DNA of 62,650 nt, filler included, from Stramenopiles sp. TOSAG23-2 (taxonomy: Eukaryota), in assembly GCA_900128395.1 (NCBI GenBank). It is 3 parts of 3 records of this genome, joined end to end, with 100 filler letters (N's around TTAATTAATTAA, not from the genome) between each part and the next. Parts side by side here need not be neighbours in the genome. Positions count along the whole stretch, not along the records: positions 41,855 to 62,650 come from LT649551.1; 2 more parts are not named here. One strand, written 5' to 3'. The notes under the pieces are model-generated. The model saw only the letters and a list, made by a program, of their open reading frames with translations, made no database searches and was not told where the DNA came from. Below, piece by piece: positions 46,655-60,100 of the stretch (its first letter is position 1; each line of letters opens with the position of its first letter). The position numbers and the translations under genes are program-made.

Positions 46655-48110
46655 ATGTCGGGTACAAATGCAAGAGTTACACGTCATAATCAACCGTCTG
46701 GTAGAGGAAGGGTGGAGATGAGAATTCCAGTAACTTCACCAAATTCACAAGCAAGAAATAAACGCACTCAAAAGCGGAGAGCACATGAACAAGCACGTAG
46801 AGGTAGAGGACGAGGAGGTGCAGTAGCAGGTAGACGTGGTGCACCAGCTTTACCGACACCAACTCCACGTTCAGTTCTACCACCAAGACCAAGCGGTCAG
46901 ATTCATGCAGCACCAGGGGGCTCTAGCCGTCCGAGTGGTGCTAAACCTATGGGTAAGGTGGGGAAAGATTATGTTCACAATTTACAGCAACAAATATATT
47001 TTTTGGAGATGGAAACTCAATTTTTACGAGCTAATGCAGGTGAAGATGTGCCATCCATGAGCTTGAGTGTTGATGATCAAATGTCGCAACTCAATCGTTC
47101 ATTTAGGGATATGGAAGAGAAATATCGTGCTGAAGCAGAGGAAACTGCAGAAAATTTATTGCAATTGCAAGCAAAATTGACAAAACGCGACAAAGCATAC
47201 GAACAACTGAAAAATTATATATCAGAACAACAAGCACTTGCAGAGACACAAAAGGCGAAGCAAGCGGCGGAACTGCAACGTTCCATAGAAGAACAAGTTG
47301 CAGCAAATAAAAATGCCCGTAAAGCAGAAGAGGATTTAGCTCAGGTCGAATCTACACTGAAAGTTACAGAGCAAAGTTTAACAGATACAAAGAATACATT
47401 ACGTGATGAAAGTGTGCGTATGAATGAAAATTTAGCGGATCGTAATAATGAATTGAAAAAAGTTAGGGAAGATTTAAAACGTACTCAAGAACAATGTGGT
47501 GAATTTGAGGCAGAGATTAAAAATTTAAACGCAACAATAACAAGCATGCAAGAGGAAATGGATGGGTTAAAGCAAGCAAACGAAGAAGCAATAAATGCTA
47601 GAGATGATGCGTTAAACGCCGTTGCGTTCACGATTGAATGCAGCAGATATTACAGTCACCCAGTTACAAAAACGCGTCCAAGTGCAACATACACAACGTG
47701 TAGATATGTCTGTTGAATTGGCTGCTGCCAGGGGAGAGGTAGAAAGTGCAAATCAAGCTCAAGTAGCTGCAGAAGCCAGAGTCGCTGGCATCGAGGATAC
47801 AAATAAACGCATTGAATCTGAAAATACGGAAATTCAAGCACGTGCTGAAAGATTAGCAATGGAAGTCGAATCATTGAATGACGCGATGGATGGCAATGGC
47901 GAAACTATTAGAGAATTGGAAAGTGAAAATGCGTCTTTACGCACGCAACTTGATGCTTGTAGGGCAAAATTGGTTGAATTAAAGGAGTTGGATACGTTAG
48001 ATGTTAGTAAATTTACCTCTTTAATGCAATCTAATTTGCAAGTTGCAAAAACATTAGAACAATTTATGAAAAAAACTGGTGGTAATGGAGGTGAAAAGAC
48101 TGATGCTTAA
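46655..48110 (+). CDS. Coiled-coil protein; probably one gene with a frameshift or deletion at ~47616-47622
   Basis: ORF 46655..47716 (DYVHNLQQQIYFLEME, then heptads) loses coiled-coil character after DDALNA. The +1-frame ORF 47622..48110 continues the heptads to LMQSNLQVAKTLEQFM. Confidence 0.75.
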
Positions 48111-48174
48111 AAGATCAGAGAGAGATTAAAAATATTACTCGCTCGTATATCGAGAGATAATTTTTTCACCTTTT

Positions 48175-51100
48175 TTAAAATTTTGTTAAACTTCTTTTTG
48201 GCTTGAATGACTTTCCCATCTTTCTTGTCTTGTACACTGTTCTTTTTGGCATTGCTAATTCTGCTTTAAGACGCAATTTCTTCTCAATTGCCACTCGTTT
48301 GTCAGAAAAGGATTGTTTTGGTAACATTAACTTTGGTTCTTCGTGATTTTTTTCATATTCCGTTTTCTCATGTGGAGTGAGGCCAAATTTCGGCCGCCAC
48401 AAGCGCATTGGATCAATTTGCTGTACCGATTTATACATCGGAGATTTTTCTTCCTCTTCATTTTCTGAAGATAACTCGCCATCACTAACATCGCTTATAT
48501 TCTCATCCATTTGATATTGTTTTGCTTTCATCAATTCACTACGCGATGGAGTATTTACCTCCACAATTATTTCCTCCTCCTCTGATTCCTCTTCTACTTC
48601 TGATTCTTCAGATTCGCTCAATACGAATCCATCCAAGCCATCTTTAGTCAGTTCTTTATAAAACGCATTTATAAAAGCAGCTTGGGTTAAGGACTCGTGT
48701 AACTTTTTATTTAAAGCATGTACAGCTTTTTTCGTACTACGCGTTTCCTTTTGGATAAAAATTGACGCTTCCTTTTTCATTTTCGCTATCTTTACCTCCG
48801 CTTCATGTTGTTTATTCAGAAACTCTTCCGCTCGCTCCTCGGCAGTTAATGTTTTCGGTTTTGGTGCAGGCGTATGAACAATTCGCTTCTCTTCGGCGCG
48901 ATCAAATCCCTCGGCAATTGTATTGAATTTACGTGTCATCATAATGACTGTATCAAGCGACTTGCTAGTATACTCGCCACCTGTAACATCAACCTCGATC
49001 TTAAATTTAGCTGGAACTTTACTATAAACGCCAACGACATACCTCCCAACTACAAAATTCCCATCATTTGGATATACGACTAAGCGACACTTACCAACAG
49101 TTGCAGCTCGCCAAGTATGGTCAGTTTTGGTTGGCAACACGGTTGTTGACAGATAGATATCGGGATCTCCCTTCTCAGCGAACAATGTTATTGTTAATAT
49201 GGAATGCATATCCATAATATCAACGGCAAAATATTTATACGCAGACATTTCATCATTTTTTGTTTCTCCAAATGGAATTGTATCTGTGTGTGATGAATTG
49301 TGAGCTATTGTGACCATGTCTGCCATGTTTTTCATCCTAGTCTTACGCAATGCTCTTGACATTCTCCATTTAGTTTTTGTATGGGCTCTTAATTTACTCC
49401 ACAATTTAGTCGTTCGTTGTTTTTTTAATTTTCGTTTTTTCTCCCTTGTCATAAAGATTTCTTCATCATCATCATCTGCATTTGCCCTTTTTTGTTCCTC
49501 CAATTTTTTAGCCTCTTTATCTATCTCTTCTTCCTCAATTTCAAGTGGTGTCCATGACATCATTTTCTTTTCCTTCACCTTAAACCATTTTTTCCACAAT
49601 GGATGCAAAGTTTGAACCATCGGTGGTCCATACTCCCAACCATCAGGTAGTTGTACTGGATTTGTTTCGTATAGGAAAGAAGAACTTAATGCTGCACCAC
49701 TGTCGGTGACTTGGGTATTTTTTGCTTGTTCTTTCTCTTTTCTCCATTTCTTCAATTCTGCTTCAGTGCCATCTTCATCACTATCTGGGCCGTCGCTCTC
49801 GTCTATCGCATCGTCCATATCCCATTGCGGTACAGAGCTTGGGCCTTTCATCAGTTGAAATGGCTTAAATTTTAAGTTATCACTAAAACTCAATTTGTAT
49901 TCCGGGTTTAACCCATCCATTGCCATGTTACGCTTTCGTGGTTTCCTTCGTTTCCTAGCGCGTGCGTCTCTCCTTGAGTCTCTCTCAGCTCTACGATACA
50001 TTAAATCTTGTAATTTTTCATCCATTTGCTGTGCCTCTCTCATGGCTTTTTCCATATCTTTTACAGCTGCATTTCTGTCAGCTGCAGATTCTGATTTTGG
50101 ATTTTTCTTTGCGTCTGCTCGTAATTTAGCTAACTCATCCGCAAGACGCTTTGCTTTCAGTGCATCTTGCTGTATTTGTAATAATGCACCTAATGATAGT
50201 TCGTCATCGTCACTATCCATAGCATCACTATCTTGATCGCTAAAATTTTCCATTAAATCAACTGGCTTCTCCGGTATCTCCTCTGATTGTTCTTCTACAA
50301 TCTCCACACTGTCTTCAACAGCTTCCTCCTCTTCTTCATCCTCCTCATCATCTTCGTTCTCACCGTCATTGCCTTCATCATCATCGTTCTGCTCAAGAGC
50401 ATTTTCTTCTCCTTCCATTAATTCATGAACATCTTCCGCTTCATCGCTATCCCCGTCAACTTCTTCATCATCTTCGTGGTCACCTTCGCTATCTCCCTGT
50501 TTCTCGTTGCTATCTTTTTCGTTTGTTTCTTCTATTTCTTCCTCCTTCTCTTCATCGGGTTTAATTACTTCCTTGTTAACTTCCACAGGTACTGTTTCTA
50601 TTTCCACAGTTTCATTTGATTCTTCTTTCTTTAAAGCATCAGTATCTTCTACAGATACGTCGTTTTCTTCAATAGCCTTTTCTTCAATAGGAGTTGAATC
50701 TATTTTTGCATCTTCCTCAACTTCCTCTTTACTATTTTCTGTTACTATCTCTTCCTTTTTTTTGTCTTCTTTTTCTTCATGTTGTTTTTCCTTTACAGTA
50801 ATAGCTTCTTCCTGTTTTTCTTCTTCAACTACGACTGGTTCTACTTCCTTTTCCACAACAACAACTTGTTGTTCTTGTTCTTGTTGTTCTTGTTGTTCTT
50901 GTTGTTCTTGTTGTTCTTGTTGTTCTTGTTGCTCTTGTTGCTCTTGTTGCTCTTGTTGCTCTTGTTCAATTTCATTCCCTTTCTCTGGCTCCACTATAGG
51001 TTCTTCGATCTCTTCTTTTTCAGGTGTTGCAATTGGTTTTGTGGCTTCTATCTTCTCCTCCTCCACTATGTTTGATTCAGTATCTTGCACTGTATCTTCA

Positions 51101-54100
51101 ACATCAGTTTTGACAACATCAGCAGAGGGCTTTAACTGGTCCACCTGAGAGACTTTTTGCTCTGGGGCAACATTAGTATCAGTCTCTTCTTTCGTAGACT
51201 CTTCATGCTGTTCTACTACCTTGTCGTTCTTGTCTTCTTTTTGTTCTTCTACGGCAGTGGCTATAGATTCGGCTGTAGCTTCAAAGGTTTTTTCGATTTC
51301 AACAATTGGGGCTTCTGTCCCTTTTTCAACCGGTGTTTCAGCTTGCTCATATTCCTTCTTGTCAATTAAATCATCTTTTTGCTTTTCTTCTTTTGGGGCA
51401 ATCACTTTTTCTTTTGCTTCTACAATTGCATTTTCAATTTCAATATTGGCACCCTCATCCTTTGTTTCATCCTCTTTTTCAAATTGGGTATCGTCTGTGG
51501 TAGTTAGCTCCTCTTTTTCTTCCGTAACTACAGTCTGGACCTCATTAACAGTTTCTACCTCTTCCACTTCATCGAATCTGTTTGGATCTTTAATCTCCTC
51601 GGTAACATTTTCATCTTTTTCCGCTTCTTTCTCTTTCTCTTTCTCTTCCTCCACATTGATAGTTGCCTCTTTCAGAGTAGGAGACTCATCATTCGTTATA
51701 TCAGACTTTTTTCTTTGCTCCTCTTCCTCTCTCAAAGCCATTTCCTTGATAAAGTGATCGTTGAAATCCTGTTCGCCATCCTCCTCTACTAAATGGCCAT
51801 CGATGTGATCTAAGACATTGCTAATATTTAATGTGTCGTCTGCAAAAATATCGTCAACTAATGAATCCATTGGAATGATAATAGATGCTCGGGGTTTTTC
51901 TTGTGACTTTGCTTCGTCCCTTTCTAAATCTGTATCGTTCGATGTGCCATCCTCCAATACAGCAGTAACGCTTGTGTCTTTGATACCATCATCTATCACT
52001 TTATCTTGTAATGAATCAACTACCTGTAGGGGTATTTCTGAAGGAATTCCCATTGTTCCACGCGTGGTCCAGGCCCGATCACCACCAGTACTCTCAGGTT
52101 TTTCACTGTATACAGTATCACGGTTCTTCAGGTATTCTTCCACTGCTTCAATTTCATCATCAATTTCTTCAACCTCGTTTAATTCGACATCTGAACCTTC
52201 ACTAAAACTGTCATCGCTATCCCCCGGTCTAGCTTTTCTTCTACGTTTCTTTGTCATCATCATTGATTTAATAGATTCCTTTGATGTTGACTTAATCCCC
52301 ATCTTTGATTTTTTCTTTGCCAGCTCTTTCAATGCTTTCTTTTTCCTATATTCGCTTCCCAAATGCTCTACCATTTCTCCACGGGCTTCGCGTTTTTTCT
52401 GAATACCAAGTAACTCGTTTTCCACTGGATCAATCGGTTTTTGGGCAGGTCCAATCGTCGATACGCGTTGATCAGCGATAATTTGCATAGAATCATCATT
52501 AAAATATTTATCTTCAATGATATTTCCTTTTTCATCTACTATCAAATCATTATTTTTCGAGGAAGTAGTAGTAATACCTCCTCTTGATACTTGTCCTCTA
52601 GACAGTACTCTAATGGAGCTGTCTCGAGATTGTCCCCTTGATGCTCCTCTGGATGATTCTCGCGATTTTCCTCTCGACGATGGTAAAGAACTTTTAGGGG
52701 AAACAGGAGGACTTTTATCCCTTTTTGCCTTGGCTGCATCCCAATGTGCCGGTTGCTCGCGAAACGATGGTGGATATAATCTGTCACTAACGTCACTTAC
52801 GGGTGGATGGTGTTTCCCGGCACCTTTCCAACTTGGTGGTGCTTTATATGCAAGCGTGTTTGGGCGTATTCCTTCTTCTAATGTTGGCGGGTCGATGATA
52901 GTTAAACCACCAGGCGACACGGCGCGAGCTTTTTTATCTGGGGAACTGTGATTATCATCACCTCTAGTATCATGGCGACTAGCAGCGCGTATAGCATGTG
53001 TCACGGACATTACCTCTGTTTCCGCTTTTTCTGCAGAGGCCAATATAGCTATCTCATCATCTCCGCGTATAACGCTTACCATTATGGCCAACACTTCCGC
53101 TTTTGTCATAGCGTTTATAACGACTTGCAAAGATATTTGCAGCTCCTTTTTGCCTATTCTTCCACGTCTATGAGCTCGTTTTAAAGTTTTTAAAACCAAA
53201 TCTTGTTCTTGTTTATCTAAACTTTCGTTCCTTGCGCTCGAAGAAGACAAAATATCCTCGCTTTTCATGTGCATCAAATTACCCTCTAGTGTCACTCTCA
53301 AAATTTCTAGACCTTCACTTGTCTCTGAAGCTTCTGCTATAATTTTACCTAATTTCGCTACTTCCTCTTTCGTTAACCAACCATTTTTATTTTGGTTTGA
53401 AAGAGCGCTGAAAATGTTTTCCTTCGCTAGATTTCCAAGTGTTCTTGTTACTGCAGTTGGTAAAACCAAGTCAGATGCTCTAATAATATCTGTTGAACTA
53501 GATTGAGATATTAATGTCATACATACGGCAACAACTTCTGCTTTCGTAATTGCCGTTTGCAAAACTGCATTTGCAGCTCTACGAGCTTGTGCGGGGAAGT
53601 GAAAAGATGCACGCACAATGGTTTTTGCACGCAATAGTTCTTCGTCGCCTAAATCATCTGTATTTGCCGTATCGGATGCTATGCTGGTTAAGATTTCGGC
53701 AGGAGAAGCGTTTGACAACAATGACATTAATATTTCAAAATATTGAGACATAGTATTTACACGGCTCACGCAGCGTATTGCAGCTTCTACCTGATCTGTA
53801 TCAAACACAGATGAGCCTTTTATTGCTTTTATTAAAGCAGATTTGATTGATGGTGTTGCAACGCGAGTCAGTGAAGCTGCTGGTGTTGTTGCGCGGCGTG
53901 TAACAACTACATGTTGCTGTTGGTTTAGCATCAATGATGATTCTTCCAAACTATAACTTTGCTCGTTCAGCATCGAGGAATTTATAGGAGATATGGGCCT
54001 TGATGGTGGCAAAGACGGTTGGTCGCCTTTCAGCAACGATCTTCCGAAATCACGCAACATAGCCTCTTGTGATTCTTCGATCTCCGCTCTTGACATGGAA

Positions 54101-57100
54101 GCTGGGTGTTTTGTTAATGGGGCATACCTTGTATTTTTATCGGTGCGATCATGTGTTCCATGATCTAACTGATGCACATAATTCGTGTTGTCTGTTCTAG
54201 TTGTCCTAAAAGGAGCTTGACTGGCAATTATTTCTAGTTCATTGGACGTTTTTTCTACTAATGAGGCATGTTCAATTGGATCTTTTAGCACAGTACTTAA
54301 TTCTTTTAAATGAGTTGAAACAAGAAACGATGGCGTAGTATTTTCTAAATTCAAAGTCATGCTTTGCGTTTCGGGATTATCTTTAGCAATTTGTTCTGCC
54401 AAAGTTAAAAATGCAGTACGAGTCCCACGACCATGACCTCGTGTAACAGAAAACTGTGCATCATCGATTAGGTTTGACGTACTCTTACTCATTCCGTTAC
54501 TACTGTTTCTATTTTTATTGCTACGGACATTAATACTTGTGATTCCAGTTATGCTATTACGATTGTTAAACGGCATTTCGTCCAGTGCCGAATTTCCTTG
54601 CAAAGAGTTAATACTACCACTTCTGTCCAAAACATTCCCATTTGCTCCTGCAAGACTATTTTGAATAAGTATATCTTCCTCTGTCACTGTTATCATATCC
54701 TCCAAAATTTTGGGAGTGAAAACTATAAATCCACCGTGATATTTACTTTCTTTCACCGTTGCATATTGATACAATTGCGACCAAAATTCTAAATATGCTA
54801 CACGGTTATCGTTGCGGTTATTATTATTTACACTTTCATTTGCATCAAGTGTTGAACCACCACTATTAACTTGTTGTTTGTTTTCACCATTGAAACGTTT
54901 AAAAGACAATGACAAATTATGTAATAACCTGTCTGATAATATAGACCCACTCCATAATTTGCTATTTCGTAAGACTTCTGCAAAATTATATTCCAGGAGC
55001 GTCCCACTACCAGTTGTGTTATTACGAATTACACTTTCATCCTTCGAAACACGTGTATTTTTATCACACAGTATAAAATCGTCAAGTAAAACTTTTAATG
55101 CGCCAATTACAGCTCCGCTAGTTGGTTTATCGTCGGTATTCCCTAGAATAGGAGATTTCACTCTGCTCTTACCATCCATGAAATCCGCATCTGCTTTATT
55201 TCCACTATTCACATTTGAAGAGGACGGCATGGCTACCACAATACTATTTTTTGGTGAATACGGCCTTTGGTCTGTTATGGTCTGCAACATTAAGTTCTTT
55301 TGTAGCTTTAATTCCTCTTGCCAAACACGGTGTACGCTTACTATTGCTTCCAATACACAGTCACATTCAACATACTCATGTATTCCTTGATCCATAACGA
55401 CTGGTAAGGATGAAATATGCGATTCGATTGATTCAAGTAAATCTGGCGGTCCACTAAACATTGAACGAGCGCACTCTACTGCGCGATATGTATTAACCAA
55501 TAGTATCTCCGTAGCGTCGTTTGAAATGCCGGCATGAACCGTCTTCAATCTGACTGCTTCCGGTGAGTCTTCAGTCAACATATTAATCAATGGTGCAGTT
55601 TCCTTATTTAATGCAAATTCACTTCTAGAATAGATCCACTGTTGTGCATCACAAAATAATTCTAACGATGGCTCTTGCAAGGGCAATAAGCTAATAATAT
55701 CATTTTCTCCGCCTTGGTCTTGGTTGACTAAAACTTGAGCAAATCTAGCCATCATGCGACAAGCTGGTACCTCACGATAAACCAATAAACTTTCTAAAAA
55801 TGCAATTAATTTAGGTCCTGCTATTTCAATTAATCCGTAAGTTTTCATATGCCACTCGTGTAAAAAGTGTGGCATTTGTATACGTGATTGCGAATGACGA
55901 TCCTGAACAACATCTTGCGCCTCTTTATCTTTCCATATCTGCGTGATATTTTTTAAAACTTTGCGCAATGGCATTGGTCGCACATAGTTTTCTCCGAGAT
56001 TTTTCAATCCCTGCAATGCTTGATTCTCCAGTGATAGCATTACGTGGTGCAATTTTTTAGTATGTATTTTTCTGTATATTGGATGTAGACGAGGCCATTT
56101 TGTCAAGGTAGATAATTGCCTTGCAAATGCAGACAATGTATTGATAGCAATTTGGCTATGTTGACACCATCTATTCTTTGGTGTAATTGATAATGTACCT
56201 TTGGAATCACCGCCATCCCAAACGTCAGGTGTTTGCATAAGACTTTCAAACCTGGCTTTTGATGCGATTCCTGCACGTTTTGCCCTTACCTCAATCTCCC
56301 TCCACATCCTACCTTCGGATATTCCTTTAGACACCGCGATATTTCTGGTATGTGTTTTTACTTCTCCAATAGAATTATATTCAACGACGGTTCTAATATT
56401 ATGCTTAATGATTGCTTGCGAGTTTTGTTTTTGCTTCCTCTCCATTTTGACCAACGCTTCCCAATTAGATTTCAAGTATTGCACATACGCTGTAGCTACC
56501 AACAAAAAATCGTCAAATGTTACTAACGTACGACCAATACGTTCTTCCATCAATTGTTTTTGATAATTTGAAGTTGGTTCATTCATTCGTGCAACAGCAG
56601 CATCCGGTATGGACCTCTTTAATTTAAATATACTTTCATGTAAATTCCACAATTTCCATAGCTCAGGGGATTCGTTGCTATTTTTGCCACCAATTCCTAT
56701 ATGAACGTGCTCTAGCACTTTTGGTAGTTCCTCAAATTTTAATTTTATTTGTGGTGGTAAACATAATTTTGTAAATTCTTCGCGCAGTATTGCTATAGCC
56801 ATAGGGTCTAATCCCACCCTTAAATTGACATGGTATTTATTAGATTTCGAGGCTTCTTTTGAATTTGGATCAGCTGGTAATTCATGTTGCTTGACATTAG
56901 ATAACTCAGTCGATAATTCTTTAGATATGTCTTCCATTGATGTTCCCTCCAATGGAACTTGTGATTTCATATTTATACAAGACAACTCGTTATCAACTTT
57001 TCCCTCAATACTAACGTCTTCCACTGATTCCTTCGTTCCGCTTACTACGATCTTAATAATACCTTCCCTACTACCTGGTCTGTCGTGTTTAAACGGCAAT

Positions 57101-60100
57101 CTTTGTAACATCGAATTATCATCCAAGAGCTTTGAGTTATCCCCTGTGCTGAATGGTCTAATATTACTTCCACGTGTTGATAAAGATCGCTCGATTTCTT
57201 GTTCCATCGAAAAATTGTGGGTTATGTTGTTCTTTTCATCATAGACGTAATGTTCAAGATTATCCCCTTGGCTATCGTTTAATTTAAAGGAGCTAGAAAA
57301 CCTACGCAAGCTTGAGTCGGTAATACCATTATTTAAAACTCCTGATGATTGTTGTTGCACTTCCTCTTGTTGTAACTCCTTGTCAATTTGACTATGATTG
57401 TTATTCATCCATCCTATCTGTGGCTTTGACTTTAATGTGACAGATGCATTTTGGGCATTATGAATCATTGCTCCTGGAGGCATTGGATTGTTTGACGGAA
57501 TTGATTTTGCAGCATGTCTCTCACCCCATTTAGATAGTTGAGGAATTTCTGTCATAGATTTTGTGCGTTCAAGTCCACCAATAGAAGCTTGTCTTAGTTG
57601 ATTTGCCATTTGAAAATCGTTTGATAAAGACACAGTTGGTGCTGTTCTTGACAACGGATCGCTGGTAGTTTTGAGATAGCCTGTTGGTTGTTTAATATTT
57701 GAGTTTTGCTGCTGAAATACATTGCTGTCGATCTTATCATTTGCTGGTGAAGATGTAACGACATCATTATATGGCACATATCCAGTTATAGGAAATGATT
57801 TTTCTGCAGGTATTTTCTCGGTTTCCACAACTATGGATTCACTTTTTTCCTCAGTTTTGGCGCTCTCCTCTTGTGTGGTAGCAACAACTGTACCATGCTG
57901 GCCAATCTCTTCTTTTTTTGTATCTTCTTTGCTACTATCCTGGATCGATGAATTTTCTTCAAGCATAACTAATTTTTTCTTTCTATGTTCAATGACTAAC
58001 TTGCGTTGTGCAATACCCGATCTGACATTGGCTTTCAACACCGTCATGCCTTCAACATGGGATGCTAAAATAACTCTGTCATTTGCAATGAAATTTATAC
58101 TTCGAATAGGTACATTAATACTGAAACTACGTAACAAGACTATATTTGCTAAATTAACATCTTCGAGCAACATTGCACCCCACATCATAATCGTGCCATC
58201 TAAAGAAGCTGATGCAAAATAATCACCATTGGATGGACTACACATTGCACTTACGCTTTTGACATGGGATTGATTGGACCAAAATGGCAAGAAAACTTTA
58301 TCTTTCCCAGTCTGAAGTTTATCATTGGCATTTAACTCTGTTTGAAGTTCCCAACCTTGCATGGAACCATTATCATATCCAACGATCAGACAATTAGAAC
58401 CTTTCAAAACTATAGATGATGTTACTTTCGCACGTCTTTTCTTTCCATTTCCAGAAGCCGTGTTCTTTCCTGATCCAATATCTTTCTTTCCATTCAATGA
58501 TGAAGGCTGCGCTAAAAAGAATGCTACTTGATTCAATCTACCTGACCTCCACGCACTCCATACTTTTATAATGCCATCTTCCCCTACGCTAACTACCGTT
58601 TTCTTTAGTGGTGGTGGAAATAATTTTCCAACAACTGGATGTAGTGCGCCTTCACATTGTTCTAATGTTGGTATTTCCAATATATCTACGATTGGGCCGC
58701 TATGTGCTTGCATCGATGTTATCATTCTGCTTTTAACGACATCCCATAGCATTAAATATCCATCAGCTGATCCTGTTACCACTGTAAATTTTGCCATGTT
58801 TTTTTCATGTTCAACTCTAACATTTTCACTGATCTGCGTTACGGTTTTTTTATAATGGACTGGTCCGCCCCAAGGTCCATTTAACTCGGTTGAGGGACAA
58901 CTTCCACCAATTTGCAAATTTGGATCTTTTCTCGAACTGTTACCTTCTATATCATCATCTTCATCCCAGATATTGCGCAATGTTCTAGATGCAACACGAT
59001 TGCCACTGCGAAATGCACTATTTCTACCTCCTCGGCATGGCACGTGCATCACGCATATGGATGTAACAGGCGCGATTCTCTCACGATCACGCAAAAGGCG
59101 AATTCGTAACCCTCCACGTTGCGGATCGAATAATTCTACAGCGCCATCACTCCATCCAAGTATAGAATGATTAAGCTCTTCCCACCAATGCATTTTGACT
59201 ACTTGTAATAAATTACTGCTCTCTCCAATTGCTTTTAAATTATTTCCAAATCGATTAATATTTTTTCCATCGCTATGAATATTGGTATTGGTCCTACTAC
59301 CAATGCCTTTCGTATTTGTTTGTGATTTTAAACCAGCGATACCTTTATTTAATCTACCACTGTTGTTTTTAAATTTACTACTTCCATGTAAAGAACTCAT
59401 ACTCGAACTAGCTCTCATGCGTTTCTTTGCTTTACCTCCTTTTGGATTGACTCTTTCGGTAGGTACACTACCAACTACTACTCTTCCAGTCTGTACATCT
59501 AAAATATTTACTTGGTTATTTTCCCTTAAAATTACTAGGTGTGAGCTATTATTTGTTGGATTCATTTTATTCATTGGATTTATTGATAAAATTGAATCGT
59601 TCGATATGCCGAACCTCCACCTTTGCGTTTGCACTTCTGCTATTGTAATACTACTACCAGCTACTGTAAATAAAACTTCCTTCACACCAGCGGGGCCATT
59701 GATACGACTATGGACAATTGCAAATGGTGGATAAACCCTTCGTGTACCCTGTTTAAATGCGACTCTAAATGTACTGGCTAATGGCAATCTACCTAATTCT
59801 ACCCCATGAATTGCATCAAAATGCCTAACATCTCCATCTGCACCACATGAAAATAAACTGAATTTGTCATCAGACAGTATTGCACAATTAACGCGTCCAC
59901 GATGAGAAGGAAATTCCCTACAGAGTATGGGTTTGGCATTAGGATTATAATCCTCACGATCGTCGTTGTTGTAGTTGTTGTTATTATTATTATTATTATC
60001 ATCATCATTTACCTCTTTTACATGTGGAGTTATACTATTTTCGTTTTTATCATGTTGTTCTGTTGGCAATAAAAATAACCATGTTGCCAAGACGCCATCA

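Noticed and set aside
50507..52951. Ser/Phe/Cys-rich plus-strand ORFs, and similar short ORFs opposite other long genes
   Set aside because: Antisense shadows of Glu/Lys/Gln-rich coding sequence on the other strand.
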